Shown in pieces: positions 50,012-61,966 of a DNA stretch of 64,000 nt. The translations under genes and the position numbers were made by a program. This DNA is from Marsupella aquatica (lineage: Eukaryota; Plantae; Marchantiophyta): contig OZ316897.1 in assembly GCA_973895155.1 (NCBI GenBank), forward strand, positions 15,313,375 to 15,377,374. The letters run 5' to 3'. Positions within the stretch are counted from its first letter, which is position 1. Every line of letters begins with the position of its first letter. Below the pieces are notes generated by a model. It had not been told where the DNA came from. It saw nothing but the letters and a program-made list of their open reading frames with translations, and did not search any database.

Positions 50012-53000
50012 TTTAGATGTCGACGACTTCCTCATTTACTCTCTTTCATTGTAAGGCGGATTTCAGATTCGATGCGAGGTTTATGGATGCAAGGGTTTCG
50101 ACTGTGCATAACGAGATCTCAGGAAGACAAGCAACCTCCATCGTTGGGCTCTCGTTGTGCACTCTTCTCATCGCGCCAATTTCAGCTCCTCGCGAACCCG
50201 ACTGTGAAGTAGATCTTGTCATCCTCTTCAAGATTCAATGGAAGAAGCACACTTTCGCCGATTTGAAATGTGAGCTCACATCATGCATTCTCTTCTCGCC
50301 CTTTTTTCCCCTATATCACGGTCACCAAACCATGGGTGATAAGGTTATACGAAATCTGGTGCAGCTTTAGCATTCTGTGCCCTGTTTCTTTCGAAGCCAT
50401 CAAGTTTGCATCGTCCTGGTTGTGGATTCCTCTGTCAATGCTAGGTGTACATCTACTAGCACCGCTGGAGTTGGAAAAATTAAGAACAGCGGGAAGGCAG
50501 ATCCACATACAAATGCAATACTTCACATTGTTCGCCTCCTTGAGCTTCTTTCTTGAAGTTGACCCTGATCTTGGATTTTCTCCAGTCCTGGTTAAGAAAG
50601 ACAAATCCTTCCATCGATTGATACAGTTTCATTGATATCTACATTGTATTTTAGTAAGGGTTCAAGCAGATGCATAATGCAATTAACGGGCCTGACGTCT
50701 AATCAAATCGTTCTTCTCAAGCTAAATTTTCTTTTGCATGTAATTTTATTTCGATCTTTGGTTGCTGGTTAAGGTTGTTTGTTCGAATAATTCGGCGTCG
50801 TACACAAATGGGATCATAGATTTGCTGCTTCCACAGAGTCTTCTTGCAAGACCTGCATAGCGTTCGACTTGAGCCAGCTTGTTGTTTCTGATCATTTTCT
50901 CCTCAATTTCATAGCTGAATTCGAATCAGGCCAAGCTTAGAGTAAACTGAATCTTCATTGTCTCGTCTGTCCAGATCGACTTCTCCCAAAGGTAATTTAC
51001 AACGCCACGGAGTAGCTTAATGAGCTTAAGCTCTCCGGTCAATGCATCAAGTTCACAGATAATTGTGACATGATCTCACAGTTTGCGTGCCTCACAATGT
51101 TGCAGTTGTCAGTAGGACAGTGCTTGATGGAAGTCCACAATGAATTTGATTCAAACGTGTCGTAGAGGCAACTGCACACGATTATGGTAAATGTTCATTG
51201 ACCCTGTCTCATGCGTATACAACTTCACCTATAGATTCATTTCTTCTTCAAAGGCCCGTAGAAATTCTGTGAGTGAGTGTAACCTACCCAGCAGCCATGC
51301 AGCGAGGGAATGACGTTTGTTACTGGCAAAATTCTGACAGTGCTCATAAAAGAACTCGAAGTTACTCGTTCTTCTCTTCCGTTTGCATCTCGAGAGCTGT
51401 CCCCATCCCAAAGATCATGCCAAGACTCACAAGAATCTAAGTAAATCTGTGCATCAATTGGATGAACCCTTAATATGTATACGATTTATTTCGTAGTGAT
51501 CGTGCTCTCAAGGCAGTTGGTTCAATTAACGCACACGAGCAGACTATCGATTTCATTAAGGTTTGAGCGACACATGGTCAGATATTAAATCTTAAGATCA
51601 AGATCAAAGAATTAGCCGTTGTATTCAGTTCAAATACGAATCGTCATGCAGCATAGTAGTATTCGGTATAGGAAATCATTCGATGGTCACCTGGAACATA
51701 ATCACGTTTGCCTCGCGTTGCCAACTGCCTCGACACAACCACATGCAGTTCTTTGGCGTCATCAAAATAGCTTCTTCTCCAGAATCTCCGCCTCAGACAA
51801 TGGAGATCATATAGCGTGCAAGGTGCCGTATTCGCAGATTCTTCGGAAAAATACGTTGATACTCTTAGAGGTTTATGACTTCAGAAGACTGCTCGTTGAC
51901 CACCAGCAAGAATCCCATGATTGATGATGCACAGTTTTGACAGACCCAATGCGTTCCATCAATCGATCATTGAATTCTTGAAGAGGGGCAACCAGGATTC
52001 TCATGAAGCCAGAAGGACTTGAACAGCATGAAATCATGAATGAACCTCAATGCAGCTTCACATGTGCGTGTCAGGGCTTGCCCCATGATCTGTAACAGAA
52101 GTCTTGATCAGCCCAATCCTCGCACCTCTCATCCCGTTTGATCGAGCAATTCAGCTGCAAGCGCGATTGGACTGCCCAGTTTTCTTGGCCTCTGAGCATT
52201 ATTAGCGTGGAGGCTCTTCTGGGTGTGACATCCCAGTCACTGGCAGGAAAGGTCCTGGAGCACGAATTGGCAATGCGTAAAAGTTTGGATCAGATTGGAT
52301 CTATCATTGATGCACTGGAGGCCATGCCAGGCTGCTCATCCGAGGCAAGATCCTAGGCAGACTGAATTTCTACACCTGCGTGTTTGGACATGAGGTCCAA
52401 AGGACAGCGTGATTTCTTTCTACTTAGCAACCCGACCGTGAGGCAGGGCCCCGGACTAGTGATACTAGCATGAGAATGTGAGCTTTCAAGAGGAACAGAT
52501 GGCCGTCCTGACAGTCCGCTTGGTTTTGGTTCGTCCTCCTGATCAGCATCGGGCTCGGTCTCCAATGGATAGATGTTCTTCGAGTCTCCGAAACTCGTTC
52601 TCTTTGAGATCCCAAAGCAGCGACTGACTCCGATTATACTCTTTTTTCGCTTCGACTTCAAGGGCAGCTTGAACAAGCTGGACTTCATGTCTCGAAGTCG
52701 GTCTCGCAGTGGTATGTCCGGACTCAGTTGCCTTTTGAGCTGGCCAAAGTTCAACATCCCAGAAAGTTCAGTTAAGTGAGAGAATTGAGAGAACTCGTTC
52801 TCAAACTTAAACGTCCTTCGGAGAAAGTAGTGAATGGGACTTAATTGAGATGTTCATTGCGGAGTATGAATAAAGGCAATCGATCTGCACTCCGTAAAAC
52901 TGACAATTCAGAGTTTAAAATCCACATTGTGAAGAAATTAGACAAAACTCTCTTGGCCAACAGAAAAGAAGTTGTGCTAACAACTCAACATCAGAAAGAG

Positions 53001-56000
53001 GAAGTTTTCACTTACTTTATTCCCAAGGTCACTTGCGACTATAGATCCTCGGCTGGAGAAAACTCCAAGCAGGGACCGTGAAGCCAAGTATCCTCCAATT
53101 TATAGATCCGACATTCACCACTCACATGACCCGTGGGACCTAGCTGGCTACCGAGATATGGACATCCATCAATTTCAGAATCACGACCACCCACGTACAA
53201 AGCAGCACCGAAGATACCGTAATGTCTACACTCACGCCTCTTGCAGGTTGCGACTCACATGATCTTGGTCTCCGCCGGCGCAAACCGATTAGAACCTCGC
53301 ATTATTCACGTAAATTCCCTCAAAATCGTTTAACCCTCACGCTTCCTGATGCCTGAGTGCGCACCGTGCTTATATGTAACGTGGGTCCTGAATCCTGATA
53401 GCTATCGACAGACTTAAACGGCAGCTTAAGTGAGTGTTACAGGTCTCAAGAACCGTGAAGTCGCAAAGCAATCACGGAGTGAGCTGCAAGAAGGGCGTAT
53501 CAATGAATCGCATTATAACTGAATTACAGTTAGCAGGGCTGCCTGGAACGACGCCAAGCTAGTTAGATTGTGAGCGTTATCAGAGAGTCGCGCGATCTTG
53601 ATCGATCCAAATTTCATGAGGCTCCTGATGCCGAACGGCAGTAACTGGTTTGATCTCCAGGATGAGCCTCCCGACAACAGCAAAAGAGATTGGATCCGTC
53701 TAATGCAAAGCACGGAACGTTACTCCGAACGTTACCCCTCCAGATCATTAAGCCATGGACAGAGACTAGATCTGAATAGGAGGATCGCCGATGAGTACCG
53801 ATTTCAATCTCCATCCCGAACTAGGCTCATGCGTGAGGCTAACGAGATTTTTTATGACAGTCCTCTTGAGCTTCAAGCAACTTCAAACAGACATGCATCG
53901 TAGGTCTCGAGTTTTAGTGTCAAGTGTGTTCTCGAGGAAATCGGTTGTTGAGATCCACAGTCATGAATTAATGTATCTTTCAGAGGCCTTAAATTCCAGT
54001 GACAGTTCACAAGTTTGCCAAGGTTGTAGCCAGGGAGCACATTAGATAGTTCTCGACGATGAGTTATCAACTATCTGGCTAGATAAGTTGAATTTGTTCT
54101 GCTCACCTGGCTTCAAATCAATCTAAATTGGAAACAATTGCATGTTAGAGGTCCCACATATGATCCTGCACGATTTCAATTATAAATGGGGTCTAGACTT
54201 CTCACCTGTCTTATTTCCGAAGTAGTGTTAGTCCGTGATTAATATACTAATACTAGGTAGAGTTGGAGTCTAGACTTCTCACATTAATTGGTTCTATTTC
54301 ACACTTAGTGTTAGTCCATAATTAATATTAGTAATACTAATTTTAGAATGGGGCAATTTGAATAGAAAGTAACACTAAATGTGGTGGGTTTGGGGACTAA
54401 GACTAGTAGGGTTGAAATTCCCTGAACTACAGTAGAGCAATTCACTCTGACTAGTCCTACTCCAACATTGTTTGACAAGTAATGTAGCTGAATAGAGACT
54501 GTGTTCCCTAGCTGTCATTTATATTTTTCTAGTGATCTTGGGTGCATGAAACAAACTCTCTTCCCTAGTTGTTTGAGGTGTATCTATGCACTAGAACCCT
54601 CACACTGTTGCATGTATTCAGAAGTTGTAGTCCTTGAAATGTGGCCTCCAATCAAAATCTCCAAATAATGTTAGCCACAAATGTAATTAGTATTACCTTT
54701 ACTCTCCAAATAGTGTTATGCAAAAACTGGAATTAGTATCTTGCTTACCACAAGCTAGAGTTGGGGCCTAGGCTTCTAGAGTGAAGCCGCTAGATGGTAA
54801 CTCTATGGCCCACTATGTGGATGGGAAAACTCATGCCATGATGTATGTCAAAAGATAATGATGCATACTTTTTGTAATGATTTTTATTTACATTCAACAA
54901 ATGGGTTCTAGGGCCCCACCATAATATATGTGAGTGTATAGATATATGTGCATAGAAGTAGTATGGTATGTTATGTATGATTATTAAAATGATGACATGC
55001 ATAATTGTTTTTTTATCATTTCATTAACTTTCAAAGAATGTGAATAGTGAATACACTTTGTTGACACTTTTATTGTCCTCTCCACTATTCATGTTGAAAG
55101 AATGTGTAGTAGAGGTTAGTTACACTAATGTTACTTAGTGCATACACTATTAGTGTTAGTCTGTAATTAACATTATTTAGTAATGTTAATTGAAGAATAA
55201 GCCCCAAAAAATATTTAGCCTACACAAATAATATTACCAAGACTAATTGTGGTGAACAGCGTCAACTGAAACCTCCAGAGAGTAACTCCAGATACAAATA
55301 AAACTAATAAGGACAAAAATCAAAGTGAATACCAAAAAACATAGATGGGGCAAAGACCAAGGGGAGCCACCTCTAGATAAAAAAACAAAATAAATAAGGA
55401 CAAAACTGAAAGTGAATACAAAAACACAGAATGATGGGGGAAAAAATGAAGGAGAACAACATAGATTCTTGCAAAGGATTTTTTTTGTCTTATCTCTATT
55501 AACATTCAACGAATGGGCATATATTCAGGCTAGTATATTAATATTAGGAGTCTCAAAGTTAGGATTTATGGTCCATTTGCATTGTCGCTTTGGTTACAAG
55601 ATCTAGTTAAGAAATTTTAAAAGTGGGGGAGGTAGCATTGGCCCGTTCGATAAAGCAGGAGTTATGGCCTCACCTCAATATCATAGCATATATTTATTTC
55701 CCTGGCTTCATTCTCACTCAACAACCAGCTCAAATGCAATAGCCATCACCATATCAGGCCCAAAGCCCACATGCCCAAAGCCCACATGCCTTCAGTTGCA
55801 GTGTTCTGGAATTTTGGATTTGCGTCTAAAGTTAAGTGAAAGTTGTTAAGGTTATTGCTTAAGTGTTGAGCCAGGGAGCTTTCCTTCCCATAACCAAGGC
55901 CAGCTCCCACAACTTTTCTAGGAGTTCTTATAAGTCTTGAACTATGAGAAGGCGTTATCCTGATATGGCCTATTGTTAAGGCTCCTCAATCCAATTTACA

Positions 56001-57339
56001 AATACTAGAGGGAGCAACCCCTTAATTCAATTATTGCTCTCATTTGTCAGCTCCACTGTACAGTGTATTGAAATAGCTCTGCTATCTCTCTTACCCCTCT
56101 TATCCCTTTGCTATAAAATCGATTGTACCCATTTCTGAGATGGAGCATTGTTTTTTTTGTCTTCAATCATATTAATTATTAGGTCTCACCTTGGAGAGGC
56201 TTTCCAAGAAGAGTAAAGGGTTCCCAATGATCTCAGAGGCCTCTACAACATTCCCACCAGATCTTGCGTAATTGTACCTACTGGTTGGAGAAAAACCATC
56301 TTAAGTTGTTTCCAGAATGATGAGGGGCACCATGTTCTATAAGTGCTAAGTGCTTGTTTTATGATTGGAAGCACCAGTGACTTTTTTCAGTGACTTTGGA
56401 GGTTTTTCCAGTTTTTAGCTGTAACGAGACCAGGCAAATATCTGGACCCTCTTTTCGCCAGAGGTGGCCACTTGGATGTCCCCAAGGAAACCTACATAAA
56501 CCTACACTCAGATTTTGCACAACCATATCCGAACCATCAGATCTTGGTGAATAATTCTCAATCAAATTGACTCACTCAGCAGGCAAATCATGACGAAAAT
56601 GTAAATTTCGTAAGTCCAGGACAGAATCCCAATTGAGATGGGCAGCAACTCGATATTTAGTAGGTTGTTTTATGAATTTTCAGAATCGTGGCCAATACAT
56701 GATGTACCCCTTATATAATTTTCAGTATATCAACAACAGAAGGGCAATAACAGACCAATTCATTCTTCCATTCCGTACTTACAATTGTTTTCCATTTACT
56801 TTAGAATTTGTGTAATGCAGAAGATGAGCTCTTTGGGGTCCATGAATTCTTTGGGGTCCATGTGATAAAGTTTCCAGAAGCTGCAGCATAGTAAGGAAAT
56901 TGGAAACATTACTATTTTTTTTCTTTTTGCCCCCATGGTGATATCAAATGTTCATACTTCGCTTGAAATCCACATTGGAGGAGCCAACAAAATGAAACAT
57001 CTTAAGAGTGTCCTGTGACCATTCTGTAGTAGTTTCTACTATCAGCTCCCAATGGAAGAATCCACCTCGTGTACAGTCTTGTTGTAGCCTCGTTTGTCTC
57101 GGTCTACTGTGGAGCTCTTCCATTACTATGAAACAAATTAACAAACTGAATTTGCAGGATGGCATCGCAATGATTGTAGATACAAACTCAACAAAGGAGC
57201 TTTGCCATAGCCAAACACAAACGTCAGCGTTTAAATCCAGAAGCGAAGGCCTACACATTTGCCTACATGACAGATTAATTACGACAGCAGCACAATTGCC
57301 TTCCTCTTGCTTTACTTACATGGGCAGCAGCAAAGCCCT

Positions 57340-59972
57340 TCAAAGTAGGCCCTTATCCTTCAGGGAAGCAAGGGCATCGCCGAACATCTCTTCCAAGGAT
57401 TTGTATTTCTCCAGTCCCAAGTTCTTCAATTTCGATGTGTCAAAAGTATAATGCGGCATGCTTTTTTGCCCTTCAAAACTGCAAATGCAAATTTCGTCAG
57501 TCTCGGAAATTTCAACGAAAGGAGGTGAAACAAGAACTGAATTATGTAGCTTCCTTGAGTATTGAATAGACTGATAGTGAAATTCAGAGAGGCATGTTTC
57601 AGCTAAAGTGGTCCTTACCGTCAAAATGATTCCTGACAATATCAAAAGGTTATAGAATTACTATCGGAATTTTCAAACGGTCTGCATCAAAAATAACTCA
57701 CTCTGTAGGGATGTTGTACAGCGGAAACTGCTTTGCAACAGCCTCAGCCATTTCTTTCGAGTCCAATTCCCCTGCGTCGACAATATACCGGCCCTCTGCC
57801 TCCGGCTTTTCATAAAGTAAAATATGTGCAGTTACGGCATCATCGAGGTGAACATAGCCCATCCGACCATAAATGAAGAACTTGCCTCTGTCACCTACAT
57901 ATCACAATTCGGACTCAGTTTATTCTTTATTATGTCAATCGACATGTTCCTAAAACATCTTTTCAGAACCCATTGATTTCGCCAATCCCAGACAGCCTAC
58001 TATGAATGCGCATCATTTGGTTACAAACTTCCGTCATTTCATACACAAGACGCAAGTTGAGCAAATTTTCTGCGAAAGAGACATCGCCATGTAACCAATG
58101 TCACCAGTATTGAAATAAACGATGCACGCAGTCTGCCACACAAGACCCTTGCATGAATTGACAATCAACAAATCACCCTCGACTAGACTAATTCCGTGCC
58201 GCAAGGTAGAATAATGCAACGCTAGTGACAGGTTTACCATACCTTTGAAGAATTGGAGAACATCATTTGAGGTGGAAGACAGATCTGGAGGTAAGATAGA
58301 GCCAATGATGAAGGTGGGACACACAGTCACTAGGTTAATGCCGTTCTTCTTCGCAAACTCCCAAGCTGCTTCCTCTGCAGTGGTTTTGGCAATAGGATAC
58401 CACATCTGGGACAACCAGGAAGAGTTATCAGAGTGAGGTTGCAGTGAACTTCATAAATAGCTATTTCTTTCCAGTCTGAAGGTCCACCGAGCTTTCCAAC
58501 GAGCTCATATCTCCCCAAACTGGTACCAACGTGTAATAGCCAAGTGCATCTTAGGAACCACTTCCGAAAGTTGACTCAAGTTACATAATGCTGTAGACCT
58601 TACTAGGACAGACCTACAGCTATTGTAACCATCTGCCTGTGAACTGGCCCCACTGAGCTATCCAATCGACTTTGAATGTGCAGCTGGCATGACGATTCAG
58701 CGAAGAGCGATGACTAACGTTGTCTGAGTTCAGTAACTCTGGACAAGTTCACTGTTGCTGGAGGATCCCTTATAAATGAAAGCTGCTATCACACTAAGAG
58801 TGGATCTCTAGAAGCAACTTTCGATGTAGGGCTATTTCGAATTTAATAAAGAAAGAAACGGTTGGAGATCAAAATAACTCATTCAATGCCCTCACTCAAA
58901 CGCAAGCGTGTTCGAGTGACCTAGAGCCGAACTGGCCAGCGTTGAGTGGCATACCTTAAACTGCTTGCAAAATGGCACAGAGGACCAACTGTTGTGATCC
59001 AATGTAGCGCCGGGAGTGTAATCTGGTCGATATCGCACTGACGAGGACGACGACGTTAGTACCACCCTCTTCACAGTCTTGGTTTTCGCTACTGACGCCA
59101 AAAGATTCAAGGCTCCTTTGACGCTGGGCTCAATCATCTCCTTCTGCGATGACAGAACAACGAGGGACACGAAAATGCGTTTAAGTGAGCTCAATGATGT
59201 ACTTTTGTCACGTGTTACCAATTTCAAAAATTCATGAGCTCATTTTCAGCTTCAGCTTGCAAAGCTAGTAAATCCTCTGGAGAAGAATTACGTAAGGATC
59301 GGTCATATTGTCGACAAGAGGGCTTGCGGTGTGAAAGACGCCATCAACTCCATCCACTGCTGCATCGAAGCTGCCTTCCGTGAGGAGGTCGGCCTGCACA
59401 AGTTCAAGCCTCTCCTTTGCTCCTGGGAGCGATCTCAAATGTGCTGTCTTCTTCTCATTACCTGCCGAAAAACCAAAAACAGCCAGGCATTATAAAGTTG
59501 ACTCTAGCAAATACAATCCCCCTCTCTCCACTTCAAGTTGAACATCATCGTTAGCTGCTGATCGATTGCACCAGACTGCGGCATGTTCTACTCCAATTGT
59601 TTTCCATTCTGAAAACTATGAACTCGTATGATACCCAATTGGGTTCCGTGTCCATTCCCTGTGATCGAAGGCCAGTGGACCAGAAACCGGAATCCTTTCA
59701 GATATTGAAATTGAGAATGTACCCAATACCAACGAGGAGTAAAGTGCAGAGTGACCATGCCGGCAAAAGTGGTCGTGCCAAAAACAAGCGCAACAGCAGC
59801 ACAAGAGAAACAACAAGAAAAAGAAGACGGTGAAACAGGGAAACAATGAGAGCTTACTGGGATCCCTCACAGTTCCCCTCACTCGGTATCCGTCCTCCAG
59901 CAGTCGTTTGACCAGCCAAGAGGCCAAAAACCCGCTCGCCCCGGTTACAGCCACCAGACCCTTGTCCCCCAT
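57340..59972 (-). CDS. TKPR1: Tetraketide alpha-pyrone reductase 1 (DFR-like 1), NAD(P)H-dependent, sporopollenin pathway; 6 exons
   Basis: Approximate exons: 59858-59972, 59293-59462, 58956-59141, 58243-58405, 57703-57895, 57340-57478. TKPR1-diagnostic stretches: [39 protein letters not shown]...[37 protein letters not shown]. Confidence 0.9.
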
Positions 59973-60540
59973 CTCTCCTCTCCTCTCCTCTCCTCTCCTC
60001 AAATCACCAATCAACCCACAATTCACATTCGGAGCAGCAAATCTCCTCCTCCTCCGCCTTGGCCTCCTTAATCTAGTCCTCCTACCTCAACTGGGAGGGT
60101 CGTTGGATTGGACTAGAATTGGATTTAGTTGGTCAAGACACTCCCTTCATCATCACAGAGCAGCTTCCTCCTCGCCCTTTTGTCCTTATTATTGTCGTCG
60201 AAACCGTGAGACTTGACTTGCTCGCTGCTCCCGTCATTCAAGGTCTAGTAGTGTGATTCGAGTCCTGAGTCAATCGGGGCAGAGTAGGTGGGGTACTACT
60301 ACTGAATCCAATTCTAACATCTTTCCCTTTTTCTTTGTAGTTTCCTGAGCAGAGAATGCAATCACAGGCTGTGCAAGGGAAATTTCAATATTGTCATCTA
60401 CTTACAAAAGGACATTTTTTTTCAGATTTGTCATCGACGTGCAAAAGGACATGTCAAAATTGTCGTCTACGCTTAAAAGCACCTTTCCTTTGTATATATG
60501 CTCTCTGTTTGGGCTCTTACTGATTTTTAGATTTGTAGTT

Positions 60541-60821
60541 TTAAACCACACCTGCCACTATAAAAGTCTCATTCCATGTCTCACTACTCACCATAAAAGG
60601 TGGAACAAATACTCGTCAAACCTTTTGTGTAATACTTGCCAAAAAAAGATTGAATACACCTTTTGTGAAATACTTGCCAAACCTTTTGTGGAATACTTGC
60701 CAAAGAAAGGTTCTCCAGTCAACACCTTTTGTAAAGCTCAAAGTTCATTCTTGAATCTGTGCTCTTTACAATGAGAGTTACGGGTTACCCATAGCCCTTT
60801 ATAGGGGCAGGTGTGGTTTAA
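60541..60821. mobile_element. MITE (~280 bp) with ~25-bp terminal inverted repeats
   Basis: ttaaaccacacctgccactataaaa (60541) pairs with ctttataggggcaggtgtggtttaa (60797-60821), 23/25 match. Internal ccttttgtg.aatacttgccaa occurs three times. Confidence 0.8.
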
Positions 60822-60910
60822 GGCACTAGGGTCATTACAAGTGACTTGAACGCAAATGGAGGTCACACCAAAAACACTCCTTGCAATAAAAAAAGTTTCC
60901 TTACTGCTTT

Positions 60911-60977
60911 CCTTCCATCTTTGCCCCTCCCTGTTTTCTGTATTCCTTCCATCTTTGCCCCTCCCTGTTTTCTGTAT
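60911..60977. repeat. ~34-bp tandem duplication
   Basis: ccttccatctttgcccctccctgttttctgtat occurs twice. Confidence 0.9.
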
Positions 60978-61158
60978 GCATCCTCACTTTCAGTGTAGTC
61001 CTAATACTTTATAAACAGGTCTTTACTATATACAAAAAGTGATTGGTCTATGTGAGTCCATCCAAGCATCAATTTATATATAAATGAGAATGTGTAGAAT
61101 ATAATGCATGGCCCTCAGGGTGTTGTGGGCTGTAATCCCAAGGACCCTTTGTAGGAGG

Positions 61159-61390
61159 TTGAATCACACCTGCCCGGCTAAAAGGCCCAATCCTGCCCGG
61201 CTAAAGCTCATTCTTGGCCCCCTTGAACATTGTACTCACCTTATAAAGTGGAACGCAAGTTCATTCCTAGCAAACCTGAACCCGTCCCTGGTGAAGACTG
61301 ACTGAGTGTTCTTAGTGAACCTCAACTTGTACATTGTATAATGGGGGCTACCAGTAACCCGCAGCTCTTATATAGGTAGTTGTGGTCCCT
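61159..61390. mobile_element. Second, diverged copy of the same MITE family
   Basis: Ends ttgaatcacacctgccc ... tataggtagttgtgg. Shares the internal tactcacc...aagtggaac and aagttcattc with the 60541 copy. Confidence 0.55.
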
Positions 61391-61966
61391 GAAGCAAAAC
61401 CTGGTGGATCTAGGTTACTAAAATAAACCAGAAATTTGCCTAAGATTTTTTTTTTTAATCTCTACTTTGTCCTCCCCTAACTTGGTGGACAGTGGTGGTT
61501 TAAGGCCATAGCCCCAACAGTAGCCCCACAAGAGACCATGGATTAGGGCATGTAAAGTACACCGAAAAGAAAATATCAGTATGTCCTACATTTGTTTAGC
61601 TGTAAATCTACATACAACAATTTTTATGTGCCGGGGTGAGTAGTTTTGACAGTACGATCCCAAAAACAGTTGTTATGGGTTATAACTTTACTAGTCTGGT
61701 GGCTGGTGACAAAGCTTGATACAATTGCAAGTATTAGTGCTTTGTGACTTAGGGCACTTACAAAACAGACAGACATCTAGCCCATGAGGAATCAGTTTTT
61801 AGACATCTGAGCCATTGGTGGGTATCTACTCTCAAAAAAAGAGGGACATCTATGCTACAGACTGTAACCAGGAAGGGATAATCAGGCTAGTGATTACTAA
61901 CTATGATTAAAATTACTCCACAGTCAAAGAGAAAATAAATTAATGAGTGTTTGGGTGTATTTTAGC

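Noticed and set aside
57340-59972. DFR/CCR/ANR (flavonoid or lignin) assignment
   Set aside because: It lacks the CCR NWYCY motif and matches TKPR1-specific segments (LPPDL.ST..DVL, G.MGYVH, KSLEEMF).
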